The notes under the pieces: generated by a model | What the model was told of the DNA's origin: nothing | What the model saw: only the letters and a program-made list of their open reading frames with translations | Databases searched by the model: none | Assembly (NCBI GenBank): GCA_013239625.1 | Contig: MU053482.1 | Span: 1,153,168-1,217,167 of the forward strand | Source: Lama guanicoe | Taxonomy: Eukaryota | Length of the DNA stretch: 64,000 nucleotides | Direction of reading: 5' to 3' | Program-made: the position numbers and the translations under genes | Shown here: positions 11,831-23,850 of the stretch, piece by piece | How the letters are laid out: every line of letters begins with the position of its first letter | Position numbering within the stretch: position 1 is the first letter of the stretch

Positions 11831-12604
11831 CACCTTCATTCATTAACTCATTCCCCCCCTATTTCCTTCTCATTTATTCTTCCTCCATTCACCCTTCCTC
11901 AGTGACTCACTCTCTTATTTACTAACTCACTGTCAAAAATAAATTGTATTCACTAAGTGACATTTCTGTGGGTCAGATGCCGTGTGAGATACAGAAAATA
12001 CAGATGGCAGAGATTTTTCCTTCCCTTGAAGATCTTATAGACCATGAGAGAGAGAGAGAGGATGGCATGTGAGCCAATCACCAAAGTGCACACTTGTGCG
12101 TATCATCATCCACATCAGGTGCCGCTGGAGCACAGAGGGAGGAAGGGTTTGCCCTGCTTAGATGTCGTGCTTGTCTGTGAAGCATTAGTCCCTCCCGCTC
12201 TTGGGAAGAGAACTGAGCCCCTGGGAACAGGGACACCAGGAAGCGTGGGTTCCAGGCAGAGAACTTCCTCTGACTCCCCCAGTGCAGGCAGCTCTGTCCT
12301 GCAAAGCCATCCTGAGAGGCCAAGACCAGAGCCTCACCGGCTGTGCACTCCGCTGCCGTGGACAGTCGGGTGAGTCTGGTTGACGCACACGTGCCAGGCA
12401 GCTTGCGGAGGCAAGAGAGGGCCCAGGGGATGAAGGGACAGCCTTTCTTTGTTGGAGATGATGCTAAAGGGAGAAAAGCAGGACAGGGTTCATGGACTGG
12501 TTCTAAGCTTTGGGGCCTCCAGAAGGTATCTTCAAGGGGAGCCTAGCCCCCCCGCCCCAAATTTGCAGGTCGCTGAGGACACCTCTGACCTTGGGCCAAA
12601 GAAG

Positions 12605-12666
12605 CTAAGACACTTTCTTTCCTGGGCTCAAAATTCTAAGATACTTTCTTTCCTGGGCTCAAAATT
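12605..12666. repeat. 31-bp tandem duplication ctaaga(c/t)actttctttcctgggctcaaaatt x2
   Basis: 12605-12635 and 12636-12666, 30/31 identical. Confidence 0.95.
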
Positions 12667-12949
12667 AATCTCTAAGGGAGACCCATAGAAACTAGGAGCC
12701 ACTTGAGAAGCAGCTGGGGGGCTGATGCTGCCTGCCGCGTGCTTCACTTCTTCAGCACCTGGTGGAATTCTCAAAGGAGTCCACCTGCGGGCTTGTTAAA
12801 TTGCCAGAGCCCGTCACCAGTGGTGGCAGTTCAAGCGCATGTAATCGACTTTTTGCCCCCTTACAGGTCGCTGCTGACTTTCATCCTTATTTATAACAAT
12901 CTGGAGTGTCAAAGCGTGTCAGGCCTCTTGCTTCTCGGGACTCGGGAAA

Positions 12950-13301
12950 CGGGAAAGGAGTGGAGACCGGGGTGTGGCGTGGGGCTGCACCGGTGCTTCT
13001 GTCTCGGTGCCCTTGCCGGGGAGTGGCCGTGGGTGGCACGCTGGAGGCTGGGCCCCAGGCGGCGGCGTGTGCACCTTCCGTGAGGGAACCTGTAGAAAGC
13101 GGGCCTCGGAGGCTCCCTTCACTGCCCAGAAAAAGTGCTGTGTGACTGGCTGCCTGGGGGACATTCCTTAAGCCCTGAGCGTTTGGCTTATTCAGATCTG
13201 CTTTTGACAGTTAAATAAGTGAGAAATAAATGTTTTTAGGGTTAAACCACCGAAACTTGGGAGTCGTTGGTTACAGCAGCTAGAATCACTTTGGCAGATA
13301 C
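12950..13301 (+). mobile_element. MaLR LTR (MLT1-type), 3' end clear, 5' boundary uncertain
   Basis: gtgagaaataaatgtttttagggttaaaccaccgaaacttgggagtcgttggttacagcagc is a typical MLT1 terminus. Confidence 0.6.
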
Positions 13302-13569
13302 CAGTCTTTTCTCAACTGTTGCATCAGAACTAAGGCAGTGAATTGGCCCTGACGTGAAGGGCAGACCACAGGAAGCTGTGCCTGCCTTGTTGCGTCCTGT
13401 CTCTTTGAAGTCCACGCCCGGGACCTGAGATCCAGCCTGAGATGGGAAGCGATCCTTTCCCTTTGAAGGATAAGCGTGTAATGAGCACAACTGGAGCAAT
13501 GGTACCAGATGAGATGAAGAACAGGGTCAGGATGCAGGAGGCCAGAGGCCGAGCAGTTGGACATGCTCA

Positions 13570-13762
13570 CTTTGGGCTTGGACGGACCTAGATTCAAATC
13601 CATGTGCTGCCACTCAGTTTTTTTTTCCGCTTTCCAAATCTCAGTTCTCTCCCCTCTAACGTGGACGTCATAGGGTCTATCCCACAAGGGTGGTTGTGAG
13701 GACTAAATAATCCAACCTGTGTGAAGCACCGTGGCCAGCACGCAGTAAGTGCTCAGTAAAAT
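13570..13762 (+). mobile_element. MIR SINE
   Basis: acctagattcaaatcc...ggttgtgaggactaaataa...cagtaagtgctcagtaaa. Confidence 0.75.
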
Positions 13763-14086
13763 TCCCAGCTGTGATTGTAATTACGTCTGTCCTGCATTCT
13801 GAGAGATCGCTGTGGGTCCTCATGGGACTGTCACACAAAGAAAATCGTCCATAATGTCTGTCACAGAGGGAAAAGGAAGGACACCCCCAGCCCCCACATG
13901 CTGGTGAGCCATCACCTCAGGCTGGAAGAGGGGTCATTTTTGACTTTGCCGGATGTAGAGACACATATTGAAGTTCTGTTCTTTCTCCTTTCTTCCTTGG
14001 CCTTCAAGATAAGCGGCTGCTATACTGAGAACCTTTGAAAATTTTTGCTTTAAAACAAAAACAGCAATGAAATCCCAGATCTCTGG

Positions 14087-14104
14087 GTGTGTGTGTGTGT
14101 GTGT
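14087..14104. repeat. (GT)9 microsatellite
   Basis: Read directly. Confidence 0.9.
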
Positions 14105-15404
14105 AGGAATGAATGAAAGAGAGAAAGAGAGGGAGAGAGGATACAGGCTGGTTAGGATTTCGTACAAAGGGAGGCTGGCTTGGCAGAAGCTCCTCGCTTC
14201 TAGGGGCTGAGGGCCAGGTTAGGGCTGAACCGTGAGCCCTGCGGAGACCTGGCAGCCTGCTTGGGCTAGCATCCAGTACACCCTGACCTTGCCAGGGCAG
14301 GTGGCAGATGGAGTCTTCAAAGCCAATGAGTTCAAAAATCCGTTTCTCTCCCAGGGATTCTGCATGGCTTCACTGTACACGCAAAGGTCAGCCAGCTCCC
14401 CCTCCCTTTTCTCTCGGTGATGCCAGAGGCTTGGGAAGCTGTGTGAACTCCCTCAGAGCAGGCTGCCTGGGGCCTGGGGACAGGAGCCTCCCTGCCCTGG
14501 GCCTCGGGAGATGACAGAGCTCTCGAGGCTCCCCCTATAGCCCCCTCCTCTGCATATCCAAGAGAGGATGGTGTTGGCCTGGCGGTATCCCAGCACCCTT
14601 CCACCCTCTTGCATGTGGAGCTGACCCCTCATGAGCTCGGGGGAGAGTAGTAGAAATAGTTCCAGGTTTTCATCGCATCCGTGTGCAGTGCTGTGTCACC
14701 TCTGGATTAACGAGTAGTAAAGTTGGTTTGATGGGAAGACCAGAACACAGACACCACTCAGTTAAGTCAATTTCTACTTTTCTAAAAGAGGTAGAATCAG
14801 ATCAGAATACACAGTGAAGCTCAGCACCATTTCCCTGATTGACAGAGGTGCAAGATTCTGAACCTCAAAGTGCTACTCAAGGGGTGCTCAGGTGTGGGTA
14901 AGTCTTCCTCTCTCCAAACTCAGCCTTTTATGTGTGCATAACCAGGGGCTGGTGGGGCACATTACACCCTGACGTGAACAGAAGCCTCATCAAGCACCCT
15001 CTGTCTCTTTAAGGGTATAACTTAGAGCTATAGAACTAGAGCAAATGTCATTCCCCAGATTTGACTGGGAGCCACGTTAGCAGGCCCTTTAAACCAGCTC
15101 TCGATATTATCCATCAAGTGCCCAGCAGAGCCCACCTGGAACCTTTGAGGTCCACACATTTCCAGGAGAGAGCATCTGATTGCCCACGTTGGGTTAAGTG
15201 TCCACCTCAGTCCAGTTTACAGGAGGTCAAGGGTCATGGAAAGGTGACCCAATTCCACTCCAGCAGGAGAGTTGACAATAGACTTCTCAAGAAGGGTCCT
15301 GGCAGGACAGCGAAATGGACACAAGTGAACCCAGCTGCTTCCCAGTGGATTTTGAAGTGAGGGATTTGGAGGCTTTAACACTCCAGGACAACTGTTCTTC
15401 ACAA

Positions 15405-15638
15405 CATATAAGTCATATCATGTGGTATTTGTCTTTCTCAATCTGACTTACTTCTCTCAGTACGATAATCTCTAGGTTCATCCATGTTGCTGTTAATGGC
15501 ATTATTTCATTCTTTTCATGGCTGAGTAATATTCCATTATATATATATACCACAACTTTTTTATTCAAGCATCTGTCAGTGGACATTTAGATTGCTTCCA
15601 TCTCTTGGTTGTAAATAGTGCTGCTGTGAACATTGGAT
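15405..15638 (-). mobile_element. L1 fragment (ORF2 end / 3'UTR)
   Basis: tctaggttcatccatgttgct...gtggacatttagattgcttccat...gtaaatagtgctgctgtgaacattgg. Confidence 0.85.
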
Positions 15639-17879
15639 TGAGGGACTCTCTGATCACTGACCTCCTATTATTTGCCTCAATTTGCAGGAACGTATAGCAC
15701 TGACTCCTTTGCATGGAACAGCACAATTCAGAGAATGGAAATGCTATCCCTGTCACATAGGTATTGAATTAATATTTGAGCAGTGAATGAGAGAATGAAT
15801 GAATGAGACATATAATGAAAGCAGTTGGGTTCCTTTAGTTCTGAAGTTCCACAATTTCCCACTCAAGGAAGTCTGAAGTAGAAGTCAGTCTGGAGGAAGA
15901 TGTAAAAGGTATTGAGACTGAATTTACAGTGGGCTCTTCAAATGGAGATGGTCCTTTTTAAGCTCCAGGCTTTGATACCTCTCTCCATTTAGGAGAAGAC
16001 ATGAAAAGGGGCCATTCGTTTCTTACCGTGGTTCCCATGAGCTGCCCTCTGATGATGGTTGGTTTGCATTTCAAGTGCAGTTGAGAAATATTCAGAAGAA
16101 TAACTTAGGCGCCTTAGTAAATCATGAGGGTCCCCTCATGCTGATATGCACAGCCAGGTTGTAGAGTACTTCATTCATAAGAGACAGAGGAAGCAGAAAC
16201 CACAGACATCCCTCTGGTGAATGACAGACCGCTGCGCCCTGAACAAGGACTGATCAGGAGGTGACAAGGACATTAGGCCACAAGTTGACTTTTCTCACCA
16301 GGGAAACATTTTAGCAGCAGTTTTACATCAGGCAATGATTCGCTCCACCTACCTGTGAAGATAAAAAAGAGAAAAATAATGGGAAAGCATTTGGGGGATA
16401 AAATAAAGGATGTATAATTGAGATTTTTTTCAAAAAATAAACTATTTTTATTGGGATTTAGTGTGCCAATATCCATAAACACCTGCAGAGCCACTGAAGC
16501 AAAACTGATTGCCAAGAACATAAAAATGTGCTACATGTTTGGGAGCTGAAAAACACGCACCAAACCTGTTAGAATCTGTGCCCATTGATATACGTGGCCA
16601 GAATGCAGTTTGGACTGGTGGGCATGGTTAGTGTTAATGGGGCGTTGTGTTTCCAGTTTATAGAGGGAATAGTCAGCATACAAAGCCAAGGGTATTTAGT
16701 ATTTCCCAGGCAGGTCTTCTTTCTTGTATAGAATTATCTGGTTTAAAAAAAAAAGATGCTAAGCACTTTCTCATCTTCAGCTGGGATGCAAAACCAGTGA
16801 CTCTTCCAAAAGTTTATAGACATAGTAATCGTACAAACCATGGGGCGTTAAGGTAAACATTAGAGGTATAAAAGGTAATAACCGTGTGTTGGAAAATAAT
16901 GTTTCTGTCTGAACAGAAAGTCAACTGCATCTTGACTCTCCTCACATTCACAGATGACCTTGCCCCAGCAGGCCCTGCTGGGGAACGTTCCGAGGCACAC
17001 TTGAACAGTTATTAGATAAGGTGGTTAACAGTGGGCTTGAGCCTTCAGCAGTGCCATCTCCAGGAGCGGCATTCAGAGGTGATTGCTAATACTATGGGCT
17101 GATGAGCCAATTCTTCTTCCATCAATGAAATGAACTAGAATTGTTTATGTCAGCCTCTGAAAGAACCACAGTGTCTGGTGATCCTCTGTGGGCAAGAGAG
17201 TACTTCCCGGGTTAAGGGGCCCAGGGCAAGGGTGGAGCATCCTGACAGAGTATGGGGGACATCTGGAAGGCCACTACGCCTGGAAACGAGTCTTTCAGGA
17301 GGTGTGTCTGTTGAATGCTGTCTCCCAGATATCAGCAGAACAGCCTGTTGATAAGACAGAGTGGAGGTGACTTCTTACCTGGTGATGGAAGGGGAAGGCC
17401 AGAGTCTGATTTATTGATATTTTGAAGGATGATTTAAGGAGGGTCTTTCAGTGTGGCTAGGGGCACAAAACAGGGGATGGGAGGCTTGGTTAGGATCAGG
17501 TGAAGATCTTGATATAATAGTTTAGGTGAACACAACAAGGTAAGGATTTCAAGGCTGAGATTCAAAGAGTTTTGGGATGTAAACTATTTGGGGTGCTCTC
17601 TAAGGAAAAGCTGGTGGTCTTTTGGGAAGTACCCATAATGAGCAATAATGTTATCTGCAACTTTTATCTATCTTGGCAAGAGTCTCTGGGAACAGTACAG
17701 TTATATTACTGAAGACAATGGAACAGTAATATCAAGCTAAGGTAGAGTGCATTCTGTAGACAGCTAGCTGGGTTGGGGTCGGTGGCTTTAGTTCTCATGC
17801 CCCAAGAACACAAAGCAGAGGGAGAGCTGACAAGGATCCTGCCTGGTTCTGCAAGTACCTCACAGACAGCAGGAATGTT

Positions 17880-18350
17880 TGTTAGTTGCCCATTTCTGAT
17901 GGCCCTGACTTCTGATTTGGGATTCTAGGGAGTCAGGCTCCATCCTTGGCTCCAGTAATGGAACTATGATCTAGTCCAAGCTAAGCCAGTCAGTCCAGCC
18001 ATGGAGATTAGCACTGCATAAGCTGATTCAGTCAGAGAGTATTACAGAACATTCGGTGTGAATGCTTGGACAAAGATGCTCTCTCTGTCTTTCCTATTGG
18101 ATGTAAACAAAGAAGCATATACCACAGGAGCAGCTTTTCCCACTTTGGACCTCTAGAGGAGCCAGAGTTAGGGTGAAACCAACCCTGGGGTTTGCAGAAT
18201 AAAGAAGTAAAAAGAATCCAGACCCTCAGTCATATGGTTGAGTTGCTGGATCCAGCCTCTCCTGAATATGATGTTACCTCTGACCTTTATGAATATGTAA
18301 GTATATAAATTCCCTTTGTTTTGTAAGCACTATGAGGTAGGATTTCTTGA
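17880..18350 (+). mobile_element. Old ERVL/MaLR LTR (LTR16/MLT1K-like)
   Basis: gctggatccagcctctcctgaa...ataaattccctttgttttgtaagc terminal motifs. Confidence 0.6.
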
Positions 18351-21300
18351 AGCAGATAAGCAGGTTTTTTGAAACAAAAATATCTGGGTCACAGGCAAAC
18401 ACCCACCCCAGTGTTCCCTTGAAGTGAAGAGAACCATTCTCAGAGCTGTCATGAGATCAGCTCATCTCTCTTGTTCACTTGGGTGTGTCCAATACCTACG
18501 AAATGGCACATTGTAGACATTCAGTAAAGTTTTCCTAGTGAAACAAATTGTTGATGTTTGGTTCATGAGCTTGTGTGTTGAGACAGTTGCGGCCAAAAGA
18601 GACTTGGCTCTTGATGACATGCAATTACCGTATAAAGTGAGGGGGGAAACTGCTTTCCTTTAGCATTTATGTCCTGTTTTTCCAAAGGGAAAATCAAGCC
18701 CTGCGTGGATTTGTAGGACCATGGACAGCTCCCCGTCGTCTGATGGCTTTGTTGGGTTGATAAAGGCACAGTTCCTCAGGAGTAAAGATGGGTCACACGA
18801 CTGTCCTTTGCCATCAGTGTCTCCTACCATGTGCAGCATTTCATTTGTGTAGAATGGGAATGAAAATCTGTACTCTTTTAATAACAGTATTTTGGCTACT
18901 CTAATGTGATCTTTAATCTTATGCTTATTTACTTTATTTTTATTTACAAGCTAAAAAGCTCAATTGTATGTTTAAAGTCTGTCATCTGTAGTGGTAGGAT
19001 TACATATTTCCCCCCATTTTAAATAAAGTTCAGAATGTGAAATGTGGTGAATTGATCGTTGAAATGCTTAAAAATAAGGAAAGAGGGTTTTTAAAACAAG
19101 GGGAACTTTGCAAATCATTGAGCAATTACATAATGCAATCTTACCTCTTAAGTGTAGGGTATACTATCGCGAGTTGGGCTCAGACTGTCAGAAAGAGAAG
19201 CAGTTATGAATGAAGAATAGGAAAACAAAGGTGTGATTTTTTTTTTCCCTGCGTGGCTGAGGATCTGAATGGAGCTGCTTAAATACTGTGCATACTGATA
19301 ATAAGTGTCCAGGTTGAAAAAGTTAACTAGAGAAAGGTCATAAATCCAATCAAGACAGCAAATGCCATCCAGAGGGATTAAGACTGATGAAAATTAAACA
19401 ATGTAAACATTCTGGGTTTTCCTTCCTGTTATGAATGCTTAATGAAGTCTCTGAAGGGGGCCTGGAGACTTGGATCCACAGTGCTTCTTGTTAGGCCCTG
19501 TCTGCGGCTCCCTCCTTTTTGACTGGAGTCGGGGCCACACTGGGGAGCAGAGCTGAACTGGAGCAGGCAGCACCTACCCGTGAGGGGGAGATGGGCCTGG
19601 AGGAGTTGGCCTGGCTGCAGACGGGTCTATAGAGTCCCTCATCGGGATACTGGAGCTGAGCGTCTGGTGCCCCCGTCTTAGATTTGGAAGCTTCCATCCA
19701 GGGGTAGTGAGTGGGGCCCCCCAGTGGCAGTGACTGTGGCTGAAGATCGAGCCTCTAACAAAGGAACCAAGAGACAGGCAGGGGTCAGGGTGGGCTCCTG
19801 TGTTAGAGAGAGTGACAGCAGAGCTCTTCATGCAAACTTTCAGGATCAAGGTGGGATCCAAGCAGGATCTCAGCTTGGCAGGCTGGCTCAGCCTAGTGGT
19901 AGAGGTGGAGGGTGTGGAAGTTGGACTCACTTGGACACACAAGGTCCAGGGATGAGTTGACAACCCAGGCCCTTGGCTGTGGAAGGTTTGTCTTAGGAGC
20001 CAGAAGCCTGGCAGGACAGCTCTGCTTCTCCAGCCCACAGGGTCAAGTCAGCACTGTCTTCATAGGTTAGTAGCTGGGGGTGAGACAGTCTGATCTTTCA
20101 CAGGCATTAAAAATGTTATGTTCTTTAAAGTGGCAGAATGTCCATTCCCAGTCAGTGCTAACGGCTCTTATCCTACTGCTTAAAAATAATGTCACCCTTC
20201 ATTGCCTTTTTAAGTCTGGCGCCAAAGTACCACGTGAATGCGGGCTTACCTCAAACTGAATCTTATCAGGGATAAGGATCCAGGGATCCTTGCAGAGAAA
20301 GAAATAGTAACTCTGAAAAACATGACATTCTTAGGATAACAAGAGAAAATCAGGGATACTGCCATTGGTCACACTGATGCGTCCAACAGAGTCTAAGCCA
20401 TCACACCCGGTGCACCTTCCTCTTCACCTCTTCCTGCTTCTCTCACATGTCAGTAGGCACCGAAGAGTTAACAGTGAAGGCCTTGAGACATCTGCACTTT
20501 GTTAAGGGAAATAGCTTTTAGCTCCAGCTGCTGCTGCCAGACAAGATGCTTGAAAGCAAGAAAGGAAATAATAGGAAAGAAAAGGACTTTTGAATCACAT
20601 GGGAGTCTTCAAGGGCTACTCAGCCGAGAAGATGCTCCTCTTACTGCTTCAAGCCGACGGTTCTCTAAAGCACCCCTCACCCCCCCACCCAGATGTAGCT
20701 TCCTTCACTGCCTTTACAGGTTGTGTTCGAGTTCACAGGGGCCCAGGGGACGGCCTTGCTGGGTCTGGACCCCTTGGTCCAGGAACAAGGGACAGGGTAA
20801 GAACAACAGCACTGGGACGGCAGCACTAAGCCCTGCGCTGTCGTCGAGGTGGATGACTCTGAACTTTGGGAGCGTCCTTGCGCAATGGCGGACAGAGACT
20901 CTTAGAACTCTGGTTAGTGGACCAGCTGCCAAGACTAGAGGGCACTCCATGAGCCAGGAAATGATGGGGAACCAAGGCTATGAAAGAAAAAACAGATCTG
21001 GACCAGACTCAGGGCTGCACCCATTCCCATCCAGAAAAGAGGGCTTAGAAGGGAAGCCTGGGCCCCTCCACCACCACCACCCCTCCATGCTCAGAGACCA
21101 TTCGGTGGCCTCTGTGTGTGTAAGGCTCTGTGTTGCTGAGTGAGGGGTGCCTGCTGAGCAGCTGCTGGGTGGGGTGGGGTGGGGGGAAGGTGGTAGAAGG
21201 GGCCTTCCACGTGGTTGAAGAAACTGACAGAAGCGTGGGTTTGGGAGCGAGGGTGCTGGAGGGCAGCCAGCCACAGGGAAAGGAGCTTGGTATTGGGAGA

Positions 21301-21844
21301 GAAGTGAGTGAGGGCAGCAGGGAAATAGAAGACATTTAAATAAGATTTAGAATAAGTTTCGCCTGCAGGAGACAAGTTCACCTTCATAGCTCCAGGAAAT
21401 CTTCAGTAGAATTGATGTGGATTTGCATTTGGATTGTAATTAGGAGAACTTGCTGAGTCTGTCAGACTGGAGGGTCCGGGAGGGTCCTACAAGAGTCTAG
21501 ATCATTTGTAATCTGCTGGTCACATGCATCTAGATATGTACACATTTAAGTTCATTCTTAGCAAACTTAAGCAAACACCTAAAGGCTTAAATTCATTGCT
21601 TAACAGAGCACTGTGCAGTTTGGGGAGGTTTTTTGTTTTTTTTTTCTGAATTCTTTCCTGAAGTTAAATCTAATTTTGGAACTGAATGTGTAAAACAGAT
21701 AAAGGCAAGAGTTACTGTGTTCGAAGCAGACAAAAATCGAGGAGAGCAAATTCATTTAATCAAAGAGAAAGCCGTGACCCAATTAAACTTCCTGGTGGAC
21801 TAACCGAGTTGTGCTGCATTGGTGTCTAAAAGGGAGGGGAACCT

Positions 21845-22027
21845 ACTGCTGGCTCTGCCGCTTAGAGCTGCGTGCTTAAGTGACTGCCTAATCTCTCTGA
21901 GGATCAGTTTCCTCCTCCCTAAAATGGGGCTGGTAGTACCTAGCTTTAAATACCTGTTGTGATTAAATGATATAACATGTACAGAAGTTGCCTGCATAGT
22001 ATCTGCCAACGAGAGATGCTCACTGAG
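21845..22027 (+). mobile_element. MIR SINE
   Basis: ggctctgccgctta...aatctctctgaggatcagtttcctcctccctaaaatgggg...gttgtgattaaatgatataa. Confidence 0.8.
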
Positions 22028-22086
22028 TACTAATTGAGCAAGTAGGAAAATACAATTCCACCCAGCTTTTCAGTTACTCACTTTTT

Positions 22087-22191
22087 AATAGTATTTTTAA
22101 CTTTATTTTTTTTAATGGAGGTACTGGGGATTGAACTCAGGACCTCATTCATGCTAAGCGTGTGCTCTGCCACTGAGCTATACCCTCCCCA
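22087..22191 (-). mobile_element. Camelid-type tRNA-derived SINE, short form
   Basis: aatggaggtactggggattgaactcaggacctc...cactgagctataccctcccc; TSD ttcagtta(c/t)tca at 22069 and 22193. Confidence 0.9.
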
Positions 22192-22360
22192 CTTCAGTTA
22201 TTCATTTTTGATGATACTGCTGCAGTGCAGAAATAAGGCTAACTCTTCTGGGGTTATTCCAAGTTTTCCATCTCTCTGGCTTTGGGAATTTCCAGCGCTT
22301 CGGGGAGACTTAGAAGGCAGGGTGTAGCACAACATTCCATGAAGTGCCCACGGAATAGAA

Positions 22361-22596
22361 CAGTGTGCCTCAAATGCCTCAAACACTGATTTACAGTAAG
22401 AAGTACATTTTACATCACAACACATACACGTATGCAGATATAAAATGGAAACCAAAGTTTCATGAAATACGTGATTCCATGTGATGCTTTTTTGGAAAAA
22501 AATTTTATTCCATTAAGAAAAAAGAATACTGGTCACAACCATTAAATTGATTTCACAAACCCAATGATGGGTCACGAGCTACCCTCTGAAAAACTG
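22361..22596 (-). mobile_element. Charlie4-like hAT DNA transposon
   Basis: Reverse complement begins cagtttttca...gtgacccatcattgggtttgtgaaatcaatttaatggttgtgacca, as in the recalled Charlie4a/z; cag...ctg termini. Confidence 0.7.
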
Positions 22597-23269
22597 AAAT
22601 AAAGGATACGTACTTCTAGAAAGGCCAGTGGAATTTTGATGCCGTGTGGGAGTATTAAGAGGAAGTGTGGGATCGTAACCAACTGCATGCATTTTTAGGG
22701 CCATTCAGAACACGTTTCCTCCAAAAGACCAGAATTCTAGACTTCTCATCACGTCTGTTCGTCTGGAAGCACCACCACCCCTTGGTTGCAGCGTCTCTGT
22801 GTAAGGTGTTGCACGCCTGGGTTTATGTTGCCACATTTGCATGACCACAAATTGATTATTTTTATCACAAATATTTTAACCTTCTGGTTTGAAGCTCTGC
22901 TCCACCTTGCAATGCTTAAAGAGCACAGAGATACCAACTGTGTGTTTATAATTGAAGAGGGATGTGGGGAAAAGCCACAGAAGGAAGGAATGGCGATTCT
23001 TGTTGGATGTGCGGGTCGCTGCTGTGAAAGGGTTCCATGCAATAACGCCCCACGCCGAGTGCTGCCCTCCTGCCGGGTGCAGGGTACTGTCCTAAGTCCT
23101 GAGGACACAGTGCCTGCCTCCAAGGAGTCGGTGGGGGAGTGTGACAGTAAATTGTGTAACTTGTCTTTTCAAAATGTGTATAGGAACATAGATGAGGGAG
23201 TCCCCAAACACCCGTTGGGGAAGGGTGGTGGTGACCAGAGGGGCATGATGACCCACTCAGGCAAGCTCT

Positions 23270-23850
23270 AGAAAGTGAGTAGGAATCCTCCCATTGAGCA
23301 AATAGGAAAAGGCATCTCAAGGAGAAAGATGAGCACATTCAAGGGCATGAAGAAGTGAAAGAGAAGGGCTGGTGTCTGGGACACCAGAGAGTTCAGGATG
23401 ACAACTGTATAGGGTACACAGGGGACGGAAATGTAGCCAAAGAGGGAAAGAGAGGCTTGTTCAGGCACGATGAGGGATTTGAACTTTCCACTGGGGCACT
23501 AAGGGAGCTTTGAAGGGATTTTATGAAGGACTGAGCATGCTCACACTGCTGTCTGGAGGAGCGTGGGCTGAGTGGTCAAGGTGAACAATGCTTGGGCCTG
23601 AAGAGGACTGAAGTAGAGGTGGGGGATAGGTGGGAAAGGATCCCTTTGTGAAGGGTTATGAAAGGTCAGGGAGAGGAAGGAGTTCAGGATGATGACCAGG
23701 CCACTGTGTTGACCAGATGGACGGCCCTAGCGTCTGCTGAGCTGCGGGACAGCAGAGGAGGGACAGGGTGTTAGGGGCAAGGGTGAGAGAGGGGGAACTG
23801 ACAAGGAGAGGAGAGATCACAGCGGTGCGGTATGTGCTAAGAGCAGTAGA
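23270..23850 (-). mobile_element. L2 LINE fragment
   Basis: Purine-rich antisense L2 motifs (gggatttgaactttcc...gggagctttgaagggattttatgaagg). Confidence 0.6.

Noticed and set aside
16090..16160. KNNLGALVNHE, resembling the CR1/L3 ORF2 'EKDLGVLVDH' motif
   Set aside because: A single short motif with no collinear support that I could verify.
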